DNA of 64,000 nucleotides, from assembly GCA_963663385.2 (NCBI GenBank), contig CAXXXD010000002.1, positions 1,408,001 through 1,472,000 on the forward strand, read 5' to 3'. Shown here one piece after another: positions 48,021-57,699 of this stretch. Position 1 is the first letter of the stretch; every line of letters starts with the position of its first letter. The notes under the pieces are model-generated. The model was not told where the DNA came from and did not search any database. It worked only from the letters and a program-made list of their open reading frames with translations. The position numbers and the translations under genes are program-made. The stretch comes from Oceanispirochaeta sp. (lineage in GTDB: Bacteria > Spirochaetota > Spirochaetia > DSM-2461).

Positions 48021-50087
48021 TTATCCTGATATCAAGTTTTCGCTGAAGGGCGGGGCGGTCTGCCATAAAACCTTCAGTATGCTGTTGTCAGGACTGGTCA
48101 ATTCCGGATCGTCTATCAGAAGATTACGGACATCCTCTCTGGCTTCTAAAAGGACTTCCGAATCTTCGACAAGATCGGCAATCTTCAGTTTCATATAACC
48201 GGACTGCCTTATACCGGCTATTTCACCGGGGCCTCTGATTTTCAGATCCTCTTCGGCAATGACAAATCCATCTGTTGATTCCAGTATAATCTTGAGGCGC
48301 TGTTTTCCGTCATCGGTCAGTTTGTTCCCGTAGATAAGGAAGGCATAGGACTGTTCGTTTCCCCGGCCGACCCGTCCCCGCAGCTGATGGAGGGCGCTTA
48401 ATCCGAAGCGTTCCGCGTGTTCAACCACCATCATTGTAGCATTGGGAACATCCACCCCTACTTCCACTACGCTTGTTGCAACAAGGATATGCAGGTCTCC
48501 CCTTGTAAAGGCCCCCATTGTTCTGTCTTTTTCATCTTCCTCTATACGGGAGTGTATCAGGCCGAGTTTTTTATGGGGGAAGGCTTTTTTCAGATCTTCA
48601 TACATGGATACGGCATCTTTCAGATCAAGTTTTTCCGACTGTTCGATAAGTGGATAGACAAAGTAGGCCTGCCGGCCCTTTTCCAGCTCCCTGCTGACAA
48701 AATTATAAACCTTCTGTTCATTTCCCTCCCGGGTAAGGTGGGTTTCCACGGGCTTACGTCCGGCAGGCATGGTTTTTATTGTTGAGACATCAAGGTCTCC
48801 GAAAGCGGTCATAGCCAGGGTTCGGGGAATGGGGGTAGCTGTCATATACAGAAGATCAGGCCGCTCTCCCTTGGAGGCAAGAGCCTGTCTCTGAGCAACT
48901 CCGAAACGGTGCTGTTCATCAATCACAGCCAATCCCAGATCCTTGAACTCCACATCCTCTGTAAAAAGGGCATGGGTTCCTATAAGGAAGTCGATATTCC
49001 CCTCCTTCAATTCTCTTAAAAGGATTTTCCTGCCTTCGCTTTGTATACCTCCCGAGAGGAAGGCTATGCGGATGCCCATTTTTTCCAGAAAACGAATGGC
49101 ATTTTCGGCATGCTGCCTGGCCAGGAGTTCCGTGGGAGCCATCATGGCAGCCTGTTTACCGCATTCTATTATGTTTAAAACAGAGAGAAAGGCTACAAGG
49201 GTTTTTCCGGATCCTACATCTCCCTGTATAAGACGGTTCATGGGACGGGCCGAACTCAAATCCCCGAATATTTCATCCAGGACCCGATTCTGATCGGCTG
49301 TGAGTTTAAAGGGGAGGGATTCCTTTGCTTCCTGTTCAAGCCTGCGTCTGGATATAACGGTTCTGTCTTTCTGTTCTTTCCGGATTTTCAGAGCGTTCAT
49401 CCCGACGGCTATCTGCAGGTGAAACAGCTCTTCGTAGATCAGGCAGGACCGGGCTTTTTCGGCTTCTTCCGGATTCCGGGGCTGATGAATCCAGGTCAGA
49501 GCTGTTTTTCTGTCCGGAAATCCGTAGCGGTTTTTTAGAGACTCGGGGAGTTCTTCAGACAAGCCGGGGGTATACTCCTTGAGAGCCTGAGTTACTGCTT
49601 TACGCAGAACTTTCTGATTGAGAGTCCCTCCCAGGGGGTATACAGGCAGAAGGGAACCGAATTTTTCCGGCTGTTTCGAATAAGGTTCAAACTCGAAAGA
49701 AGCGCACTGCCACTCTCCGAAACGGTGCTGAAAGTGACCATAAAGGTAGATACGGGAATCCGGGAGAAGCTTATCCGCCAGGAAATTTCTGCCGTAGCAG
49801 AGCAGCGATCCCTGTGTTCCCCCGTCATCTTCAATCAGAATCTTCAGGGTCATTTTGCCCTTCCAGTGAAAACTCTCCCTGCCGATCACGACAGCTTCTG
49901 TATTAACCGGGGATACTCCGGCTGCCTCTCTGATGGTCCGGGGGGTCTGATGATCTTCGTAGCGGACCGGGTAATGAGCCAGAAGCTGACCGATTGTCAG
50001 AATCCCCAGTCCGGAGAGAGATTTGTGATGGCCCGGTCCTATACCCTTCAGTCTGTTGACCGGCTGCTGCAGCTCTCCCTGAAACAT
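48021..50087 (-). CDS. recG: ATP-dependent DNA helicase RecG
   Basis: MNRLIQGDVGSGKT, DEQHRFG, TATPIPRT, RFGLSALHQLRGRVGRG. Confidence 0.97.
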   Translation of the reverse strand: MFQGELQQPVNRLKGIGPGHHKSLSGLGILTIGQLLAHYPVRYEDHQTPRTIREAAGVSPVNTEAVVIGRESFHWKGKMTLKILIEDDGGTQGSLLCYGRNFLADKLLPDSRIYLYGHFQHRFGEWQCASFEFEPYSKQPEKFGSLLPVYPLGGTLNQKVLRKAVTQALKEYTPGLSEELPESLKNRYGFPDRKTALTWIHQPRNPEEAEKARSCLIYEELFHLQIAVGMNALKIRKEQKDRTVISRRRLEQEAKESLPFKLTADQNRVLDEIFGDLSSARPMNRLIQGDVGSGKTLVAFLSVLNIIECGKQAAMMAPTELLARQHAENAIRFLEKMGIRIAFLSGGIQSEGRKILLRELKEGNIDFLIGTHALFTEDVEFKDLGLAVIDEQHRFGVAQRQALASKGERPDLLYMTATPIPRTLAMTAFGDLDVSTIKTMPAGRKPVETHLTREGNEQKVYNFVSRELEKGRQAYFVYPLIEQSEKLDLKDAVSMYEDLKKAFPHKKLGLIHSRIEEDEKDRTMGAFTRGDLHILVATSVVEVGVDVPNATMMVVEHAERFGLSALHQLRGRVGRGNEQSYAFLIYGNKLTDDGKQRLKIILESTDGFVIAEEDLKIRGPGEIAGIRQSGYMKLKIADLVEDSEVLLEAREDVRNLLIDDPELTSPDNSILKVLWQTAPPFSENLISG

Positions 50088-50094
50088 TTCTGCT

Positions 50095-50682
50095 TTAGAG
50101 ACTCATTAAATAGGATAAAAGGAAAGTCACAGCGAATGCTATCGCTACCCTGGCGGCCAGAAGAACCAGAGCTGAAACAGCCAGTGCAACAGAGAACTTT
50201 GTGTTTTTTGTGGTAAACATACCCAGTATGCGGGAAACCACCTTGTAAAGCAGGTTGTCCAGCTGAAAAAGCAGCTGATGGGACCAGCCGGAAAAAAATA
50301 TAACGGTTATCAGCCTGAATATCATCAGGATGATCAGGGCATCTGCAAAAAAGGAGATAAAACTCCAGATACTCCGGATCAGGTAGGCGATTACCATCCA
50401 GACCGTAAGCTGTCCTGTTATGGCAAAGGATGTAAAAATCTGGGAAAGAAGACCCAGAATAGCTATGGCTATTACCGGAGAAAAATCCAGGAACCCGAAA
50501 TGAAGCCAGGAAATATTCCTGAACCTGTCCAGATAGGGATCGGTTACTTTAATCAGCAGATCTACGCCTTTGCCGTTCAGACGTCCCTGAAACCAGGATA
50601 GGAGCACTCTGAAAATAATCAGAAGCATGTATATGGATACAACGGCAGAAAGAAATTGAAATACAGTTTGAAGCGGGGTCAT
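50095..50682 (-). CDS. YggT family membrane protein
   Basis: RVLLSWF...VTDPYL, LDFSPVIA. Confidence 0.85.
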   Translation of the reverse strand: MTPLQTVFQFLSAVVSIYMLLIIFRVLLSWFQGRLNGKGVDLLIKVTDPYLDRFRNISWLHFGFLDFSPVIAIAILGLLSQIFTSFAITGQLTVWMVIAYLIRSIWSFISFFADALIILMIFRLITVIFFSGWSHQLLFQLDNLLYKVVSRILGMFTTKNTKFSVALAVSALVLLAARVAIAFAVTFLLSYLMSL

Positions 50683-50755
50683 AGGCCCTCCTGTCAGTTT
50701 TATATTTATAAAGATAATCAGTAAAAAGTTCTTCAGGCAAGTAAAAGGAGTGTTT

Positions 50756-53700
50756 TTACTCCTTCCAGACTGATTTTACAATAGGGGATTCCCCGATTTC
50801 CTGCAAGCAGGAGGGGGTGGAAGCAATGGAAATCTGTCCTGAGACCTTGATTACCACCTGACCCTGAGGACGGGGCAGATGGAGAAAAACCGTACTGTTT
50901 CCATTATTATCCTGCAGGAATGCCCTGAAATCGATCAGTTCTTCCTGGTTGTACTCCTTCTCCACCATCTCTATATGGACCTCGCTTTGGGCGATTTCCT
51001 TCATCTCTTCGGGTATGTATACCTCTTTAACTTTAAAACTCGGTTCGCTGCGGGACATATCAACCTGTCCGGAGAATCCCAGAACCCTGTCATTTTCCAG
51101 CAAATGACCGTATTGTTCATACACTTTGGAGAACAGGACAATATCGATGGAACCTTTAAAGCCTTCAACCGTGCCAAAGGCCATTTTTGTTCCCTTTTTG
51201 GTCATGGTCTGACGGATTCCCTTGATCATTCCCAGTATGGTGTAATCCTTGTCCGAAGCGGCTCTGCCGGGGTTATCCAGTCTGAGATTGGTGCACTTTC
51301 TCCAGAAGTATTCGTAATCATCAAGTGGGTGACCGGAAAAGTAGAACCCCAGGTTATCCTTTTCTATCTGAAGGATCTCTTTTGACTCCCAGGGCTCCTG
51401 TTCTTCAATATGAAGTTCGGGGGTGATCTCCTCTTCAAAGTCCCCGAAGAGGGATGCCTGCCCGTACATGGTCCGTTCTTTCTGGTTATTCACAAATTCC
51501 AGGATACGGTCCAGATTGTGCAGCAGGGTAGCTCTGTTCCAGGACTCGTACTTGTCAAACAGCCCGGACTGGATGCTCACTTCCACTACCTTCCGGTTGA
51601 CACAACGGAGATCAACCCTTTCCAGCATATCCTGAAGAGACTTGAAAAGGCCGTTTTCATCCCTCTCCCTTATTATCTCATCAACCGCCGCGGACCCCAT
51701 TCCCTTGATCCCGATCAGACCGTAGAATACTTTTCCATCCACAACGGTAAAGTATTTCTCTGAGTAGTTGATATCGGGAGGAAGAATCTCAATCCCCTCC
51801 TTACGGGCCTGCTCCATATAGTTTGTCATCTGGTTGGTGTCATTGATTTCATTGGTCAGGTTGGCCGCCCAGAACTCGGCGGGATGGTTGGCCTTGCAGT
51901 AGGCGGTTTTATAGGCGACGACAGAATAGGCCGCCGCATGAGATTTGTTGAAACCATAACCGGCAAATGGTTCGAGCATGTCAAAGATCCCCGAAGCATG
52001 TTCTTCCGAGTGACCGATCTCCCTGGCCCCCGCAATAAACTCTATCTTCATTTTTGCCATGTCTTTGACTTTTTTCTTACCCATGGCCCGGCGCAGGATA
52101 TCCGCTTTACCAAGGGAGAATCCGCCTATTATCTGGGCAACCTTCATTACCTGTTCCTGGTAGACAATTACCCCGTAGGTGGGCGTCAGGAGCTCTGTCA
52201 AAGAAGGGTCGGGGAATTTGATAGAGGCCGGATTTTTCTTCCCCTCAATGTACTGGGGGATAAACTGCATGGGCCCCGGGCGATAGAGGGCATTCAGGGC
52301 AATCAGGTCTTCGATGTTGCCGGGTTTGGCCCGGCGCAGGATATCCTGCATTCCCGAAGATTCAAACTGGAATACGGCCGTACTCAATCCTTCGCTGAGC
52401 ATCCGGAAGGTTTTTTCATCTTCATCGGATACGGTGTTTACATTAAAATCGGGATCCAGTTTCCTGACCAGCCCTTCAATGTTTTTAAGAAGAGTCAGGG
52501 TTTTCAGACCCAGAAAGTCCATCTTAACCAGACCGCAGGGTTCTATGATATCCATGGTGAATTCAGAGGTGATATCACCGGTCTTCTGATCCTTGTAGAG
52601 GGGGACGTAATCGGTCAGGATGGAGTTTCCGATGACCTTTCCGCAGGCATGGGTGGAGATATGCCGGTTCATCCCCTCCAGTACCTGGGCTACATCAAAA
52701 AGGTCTTTGTAGGCACCGCCCCTGTCGTAGAACTCTTTCAGTTTAGGTTCGATTTCCAGAGCCACCGCCGTATTGATCTTTCGTCCGTCCGGCGCTTTCC
52801 CTTCCGGGATCAGTTTGGTAATGGCATTGGACTCTCCGAAAGGAATATCCAGAACCCGTGCCACATCTTTCAGAACCGCCTTGGTTTTAAGGGTTCCGAA
52901 GGTACAGATCCCGCCCACCTGGTCATGACCGTATTTGCGGTTGACGTATTCTATAACTTCGCCCCGTCTTTCGAAGCAGAAGTCGATATCAAAGTCCGGC
53001 ATGGAGACTCGTTCGGGGTTGAGGAATCTCTCAAAAAGCAGATCGTATTTCAGAGGATCAATATCCGTGATCCCCATGGCATAGGCAATAATGGATCCCG
53101 CTCCGGAACCGCGTCCCGGTCCTACGGGGATATCATTCAGTCTGGCCCAGTGAATAAAATCCCATACAATAAGGAAGTATCCCTCAAAGCCCATCCCCAG
53201 CAGAATATCCAGTTCGTACTCGACCCGTTTGGTAATCTCATCAGTTACTTTGGAATAGCGGTTCTTTATCCCCTCCCATGTTATATGCTTCAGGTACTCG
53301 GCCTGAGTTTTGAAGTCCGTGGGGATTACGTATTCAGGGAGGATGGGACCGGGCTGGGGAATGGTGAGGTTACATTTCTCGGCCAGGCGGACCGTATTTT
53401 CAAGAGCACCGGGAACATGTCCCAGCAGTTCCTGCATCTGCTCGGCAGTTTTGAAATAAAGTTCCTCTTCATCCATTTTGAAGCGCTTTTCATCGCTCAG
53501 TTTTTTTCCGGTTCCTATACAGACCAGTATATCCTGGGCACGGGCATGCTCCTTTTTCAGGTAATGGATATCGTTTGTGGCAATAATGGGGATACCCGTT
53601 TCATCATGGAGCTTGATGATCCCCTCAATAATGGTCTTTTCCTCGGGGATGCCGTGATCCATGACCTCCAGGTAGAAATTGCCTTCTCCAAACAGACTGT

Positions 53701-54220
53701 TATAGTACAGGGCCTTCTCTTTGGCTTTATCGTACTCTCCCGCCACAAGGTAACGGGGTATCTCGCCGGCCATACAGGCGGTGGAACAGATCAGCCCTTC
53801 ATTGTATTTTTCAAGCAGCTCATCGTCTATCCGGGGACGGTAGTAATACCCTTCCGTATATCCCTTGGAAACAAGTCTCATCAGATTCCGGTAACCCTCT
53901 TCGTTCCTGCAGTAGAGTACCAGGTGAAAGTTCTTGTAGCCGGTGGACTGTTTCTCGTAGCGGGAAGTGGGGGAGACATAAACCTCACAGCCTACAACAG
54001 GGTTAATCCCGGCAGCATGACAGGCCTGTTCAAAGCGGAGGGCACCGAAAAGGTTGCCGTGATCAGTCAGTCCCAGGTGTTTCATCCCCATCTCCTGGGC
54101 CATCTCTATGTATTTGGGAATACGGGCGGCACCGTCCAGGAGTGAATAATCCGAGTGGTTGTGAAGATGAACAAATTCCAATTTAACTCCCCTTGGTTTT
54201 ATTGCTGTAAAAATTTCCAT
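50756..54220 (-). CDS. dnaE: DNA polymerase III alpha subunit
   Basis: HLHNHSDYSLLDG PHP domain, GPGRGSGAGS, PDFDIDF, KMDFLGL, GYGFNKSH; no intein seen. Confidence 0.97.
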   Translation of the reverse strand: MEIFTAIKPRGVKLEFVHLHNHSDYSLLDGAARIPKYIEMAQEMGMKHLGLTDHGNLFGALRFEQACHAAGINPVVGCEVYVSPTSRYEKQSTGYKNFHLVLYCRNEEGYRNLMRLVSKGYTEGYYYRPRIDDELLEKYNEGLICSTACMAGEIPRYLVAGEYDKAKEKALYYNSLFGEGNFYLEVMDHGIPEEKTIIEGIIKLHDETGIPIIATNDIHYLKKEHARAQDILVCIGTGKKLSDEKRFKMDEEELYFKTAEQMQELLGHVPGALENTVRLAEKCNLTIPQPGPILPEYVIPTDFKTQAEYLKHITWEGIKNRYSKVTDEITKRVEYELDILLGMGFEGYFLIVWDFIHWARLNDIPVGPGRGSGAGSIIAYAMGITDIDPLKYDLLFERFLNPERVSMPDFDIDFCFERRGEVIEYVNRKYGHDQVGGICTFGTLKTKAVLKDVARVLDIPFGESNAITKLIPEGKAPDGRKINTAVALEIEPKLKEFYDRGGAYKDLFDVAQVLEGMNRHISTHACGKVIGNSILTDYVPLYKDQKTGDITSEFTMDIIEPCGLVKMDFLGLKTLTLLKNIEGLVRKLDPDFNVNTVSDEDEKTFRMLSEGLSTAVFQFESSGMQDILRRAKPGNIEDLIALNALYRPGPMQFIPQYIEGKKNPASIKFPDPSLTELLTPTYGVIVYQEQVMKVAQIIGGFSLGKADILRRAMGKKKVKDMAKMKIEFIAGAREIGHSEEHASGIFDMLEPFAGYGFNKSHAAAYSVVAYKTAYCKANHPAEFWAANLTNEINDTNQMTNYMEQARKEGIEILPPDINYSEKYFTVVDGKVFYGLIGIKGMGSAAVDEIIRERDENGLFKSLQDMLERVDLRCVNRKVVEVSIQSGLFDKYESWNRATLLHNLDRILEFVNNQKERTMYGQASLFGDFEEEITPELHIEEQEPWESKEILQIEKDNLGFYFSGHPLDDYEYFWRKCTNLRLDNPGRAASDKDYTILGMIKGIRQTMTKKGTKMAFGTVEGFKGSIDIVLFSKVYEQYGHLLENDRVLGFSGQVDMSRSEPSFKVKEVYIPEEMKEIAQSEVHIEMVEKEYNQEELIDFRAFLQDNNGNSTVFLHLPRPQGQVVIKVSGQISIASTPSCLQEIGESPIVKSVWKE

Positions 54221-54296
54221 CCAGCGAAATCAGAGGACCAGTATAATCCTTCCCTCGGGTTTTTTAAACAGGGGGCGGGGAAAATCAGTGAACTTT

Positions 54297-55178
54297 TCAG
54301 CTCCCGAACGGGCTTTTAGGCGGGTCTGCCAGAGATTCCAGAAGCTGCCGGAACAGGTTGCGGATAAGATAGGTTTCATAAGGATTCTCACTGGGAGGAT
54401 AGTAATGTTCCAGATTTCCCATCAGCTGATCAGAATCTTTATGATTAAGGGGAAAACGCCGGCCCAGCAGGTTGGCTTCCAGATCCCTGTTCCGCATAAT
54501 GAGCTTTCCTCCATTGGTAAAAGCAAGGCGGATATCTGAAAGAATCCCTTTTTCCATGGAAGCCAGGCAGTTTACAGTAAGATAAAAATCGTTGCGGATA
54601 TTTATTTTACGATGGAATGTAAAATTTCCCAGGTAATAGGGGATGCGTACTCTGGTCAGCATTTCCCCTTCCCCCAGGTTGATCTCTCCCTCCGGTGTCA
54701 GCATATTACCAAGGGGTATCCAGCGTGATTTCATGGACATCTTCTCTTTCCGCCTCGGCCTTACATGGCGCAGTTCGATCCGTGAATCAAGCAGCTGCAG
54801 TACCGGAAAAAGGTCCATCCTGCGTTCGGGAATGCAGAGATTGCCTCCCAGTGTGGCGCAGTTCCGGATGGGGTTGGGACCCATTTGGCAGAGAGTATCC
54901 TGCAGAAGAGGTGACCGGAAAATATAGGAAGCTTCTATCATCCTGTTGATCGTCACACAGCAGCCGGCTTCGGCGTAGCGGTCGGTTCTGGATATCTTCT
55001 TCAGTTCTTCCAGCTGAGAGAGGGATAGAACCGAGTTATGAATACCCTCCCTGTTTAAAGTGTGGTTAAGGAGGTTGGTCCCCCCTGCCATAAGCAGGGC
55101 CCCCGGGTTTTTCCGGTATAGACTGAGAAGGTCCATAATATTTTGAGGAATACTGATATGGTAGGGAGGCTGTTTCAT
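54297..55178 (-). CDS. Xanthine dehydrogenase family FAD-binding (medium) subunit
   Basis: AGGTNL and IRNCATLGGNLC motifs. Confidence 0.85.
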   Translation of the reverse strand: MKQPPYHISIPQNIMDLLSLYRKNPGALLMAGGTNLLNHTLNREGIHNSVLSLSQLEELKKISRTDRYAEAGCCVTINRMIEASYIFRSPLLQDTLCQMGPNPIRNCATLGGNLCIPERRMDLFPVLQLLDSRIELRHVRPRRKEKMSMKSRWIPLGNMLTPEGEINLGEGEMLTRVRIPYYLGNFTFHRKINIRNDFYLTVNCLASMEKGILSDIRLAFTNGGKLIMRNRDLEANLLGRRFPLNHKDSDQLMGNLEHYYPPSENPYETYLIRNLFRQLLESLADPPKSPFGS

Positions 55179-55651
55179 CTGCTCAGTCTCCTCTGTCTGA
55201 TTCGGGCGGAAGTGAGAATCCCTTCTTTAAGGGTTTCATAGGGGGTACAGTTACATTTCACGGTAGTCAGGATCTCATTGATATGCTTTTCTTCGGGTCG
55301 GATAAACTTGTCCAGCAGTACACCGGTAGTCAGAGTTCTTGCGGGGGCACAATAGTCGCATAGATGTACCCCGGCCTGTTTGAAACCTTCAACAATATCG
55401 TTGAATTCTTCAGTTTCGGCATAGCCTTCAATGGTTTGTACGGATTTTCCTTTTATCTGAAAGACCGGAACCATGCAGGAGTAAACCAGTTCTCCTTCCA
55501 GAACCACCGAACACAAACCGCAGAATCCCTTCTCACAGGCCGATCTGAGTCCTGTGAGACTAAAATCTTCCCGCAGTACATCCGACAGCCTTTTATAGGC
55601 TGGTACCTCTATGGATGTCTCCTGACCGTTCAGTTCAAATTCTATCAGCAT
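55175..55651 (-). CDS. Xanthine dehydrogenase family [2Fe-2S] (small) subunit
   Basis: CEKGFCGLC...SC and LCDYC...CNC; TIEG. Confidence 0.9.
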   Translation of the reverse strand: MLIEFELNGQETSIEVPAYKRLSDVLREDFSLTGLRSACEKGFCGLCSVVLEGELVYSCMVPVFQIKGKSVQTIEGYAETEEFNDIVEGFKQAGVHLCDYCAPARTLTTGVLLDKFIRPEEKHINEILTTVKCNCTPYETLKEGILTSARIRQRRLSR

Positions 55652-57699
55652 CAGCCTGTCTCCTCTTGAAGGAGCTCGGCAGAATCGAGAGGAAGGGATT
55701 TTACAGTTTGTCCCGATGCCAGAGAAACAGCCTGAGCAAAGGCGGCGGGTATCGCTCCAAGGATTAATCCTTCCAATCCTCCAATCCTGGCATTTCTGCC
55801 CTCTATTTCAAGAAAATCAATATGAAGTTTCGGGAACACTGTCGGCCTGATGGCCTGCTTCTTCAGGCACTGGCATAGAGCCAGCCGGACTTCCGCTTCA
55901 ATAAATGAGCGGGCGGAAGTCCTGTCAAGCAAAAGCCCGCAATGGATGGAGATCCAAATACGGGGAACATGGATCTCCATAGTTGCCGTTTCCAGTTGAA
56001 CTTCTACCACCACGGCTGCCCATGAAGGAGCCGAGAAGGGAACCCCTATCATAATTTTCTCGTCCCAGTCAGATTTGGTCCTTCTTCGGTATGACCCCGT
56101 TTCTGTAATGGGAAGAGCTTCACGAAAACGCTTTTTCTGAATCAGATCACAGCTCTGGTCGATCAGTTTCGTCAGGATCGTACTGCTCCGTGAAAGGGTT
56201 GAAGGGCCTGTGAAAAGCTGTTCATCCGCTATATCCATGACAAAACTAATCTGCTCTTCCTCGATGGATAGTCTGTCGGCCACTCTTTTTGTCCAGACCG
56301 CCAGAAGGGCCGGCGTGGCGGGCACTCCGTTTATTATAATTCCCAGATCCCCTTCTTTTCCCAGGGTCGCGGAGACACTGGCCGCTGTCAGTACCTTTTC
56401 TCTGGAGAGGAATTCATTCCCCTGAAAGCAGGTTGCCAGGCCCACACCGTTATATGCGGTAGGCAGGAGATCCAGCTTTGTGCTGTTTAAACGGACCTGT
56501 CTGCCTGCAGCATGTTTCCTTGTATAATCGGATTCACGGCACAGGCTGTCTATCATGACGCCCAGGGGGAGATTCTGCCTGACCGGACCAGAAGTGGGGA
56601 GGAGGTTCCCTTTCTGCACCATATTCTGTTTTCTCCAGTCTGCCGGATCGATACCCGACTCCTCGGCCAGGTGATTGGCAAACATTTCCATTCCGAAGAA
56701 TCCCTGGGGCAGACCCCAGCCGGTCATGGGAAACCAGGGGGGGGTGTTACTGAGATAGGCATACCCGTCAATCTGGATATTCCGGCACTGATAGTAGGAG
56801 GCTGAGGATACGCATAACCGGGAAAGAACCTCGGTTGTAAAGCAGCCGAAGGCTCCTGCATCAATCTGGAAATCCGCCTTCAATGCGGTTAAACGCCCGT
56901 GGGAATCTATTCCCGCTTTATACCGGATCTTCAGTTCCCGGGGAATAAAGGGGTGGTTTTCCTGTTCATCCATAAGACGGATCGGCTGACGAAGGATGGA
57001 CGCCGCTGCAACCGTAAGGGCTGCCGGAACAGCACTCTGCCAGAGGTGGGTGTCCCAGCTTCTGCCTGCCGTATTAAAGCGAAGTTCAACCTGTTTTCGG
57101 CTGATATTGGCTGCCAGGGCGCAGAACTTTCTGATAATAGACGGCCATTGTGTATGCAGGTGGAGAATATATTTTCCCCCCTCTTTTGTACAGAAAATCC
57201 CCATGCGCGGGTAGCTTGGAATTTCCGGCATTACAAGATTGTATTCACCTTCCATAATCCGGTCGGCTTTAATCATCCCCCGGTCAATATCCCCTTTCCG
57301 TATTTTACGGTATCCCGCAGAAAAGCGGGGATCCTTTATGGCGGAAGGCGGAAAAGAGGGGATTCGGCGAATCCGACAGTGAATCTCCCTGCTGATCCTG
57401 GTAAGTGAGTCCTGGTCAGGTCCGCATAAAATACCGACTGGCTGTCCCGGATAGAGAATCCTGTCTTCGGCCAGAAGGGGAATGGCGCAGTCCGGGAGGG
57501 GCATGAGATTTTTACCCGGCAGATCACCGGCCCTCATAAAAAGCATGTCATCGGTCAGTTTCGGTATCTCTATGCTTTCCAGGAGCCCCTGGGAGTAGGG
57601 AGCCCGTATCAGTATGGCATGGGCCATTTTTTTATTTGTCAGGTCCTCGGGGAACCGGATCTGTCCGGCCAGGCGGTTACGGAATTTCACTTCATCCAC
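55651..57699 (-). CDS. Xanthine dehydrogenase family large subunit, degenerate Moco motifs
   Basis: Hammerhead N-terminus (GQIRFPED, IRAPY, DLPGKN, YPGQPV), GIDPADWR, STLSR, VEVQLETAT; 682 aa. Confidence 0.8.
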   Translation of the reverse strand: MDEVKFRNRLAGQIRFPEDLTNKKMAHAILIRAPYSQGLLESIEIPKLTDDMLFMRAGDLPGKNLMPLPDCAIPLLAEDRILYPGQPVGILCGPDQDSLTRISREIHCRIRRIPSFPPSAIKDPRFSAGYRKIRKGDIDRGMIKADRIMEGEYNLVMPEIPSYPRMGIFCTKEGGKYILHLHTQWPSIIRKFCALAANISRKQVELRFNTAGRSWDTHLWQSAVPAALTVAAASILRQPIRLMDEQENHPFIPRELKIRYKAGIDSHGRLTALKADFQIDAGAFGCFTTEVLSRLCVSSASYYQCRNIQIDGYAYLSNTPPWFPMTGWGLPQGFFGMEMFANHLAEESGIDPADWRKQNMVQKGNLLPTSGPVRQNLPLGVMIDSLCRESDYTRKHAAGRQVRLNSTKLDLLPTAYNGVGLATCFQGNEFLSREKVLTAASVSATLGKEGDLGIIINGVPATPALLAVWTKRVADRLSIEEEQISFVMDIADEQLFTGPSTLSRSSTILTKLIDQSCDLIQKKRFREALPITETGSYRRRTKSDWDEKIMIGVPFSAPSWAAVVVEVQLETATMEIHVPRIWISIHCGLLLDRTSARSFIEAEVRLALCQCLKKQAIRPTVFPKLHIDFLEIEGRNARIGGLEGLILGAIPAAFAQAVSLASGQTVKSLPLDSAELLQEETG

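Noticed and set aside
51884..54145. 753-aa plus-strand ORF
   Set aside because: Exactly antisense to dnaE with no recognisable motifs; a typical shadow ORF caused by codon bias.
54297..57699. The xdh-like trio as the purine hydroxylase of the ygfK/ssnA cluster
   Set aside because: It is ~29 kb away, in a different operon, lacks the shared operator and has degenerate Moco motifs.
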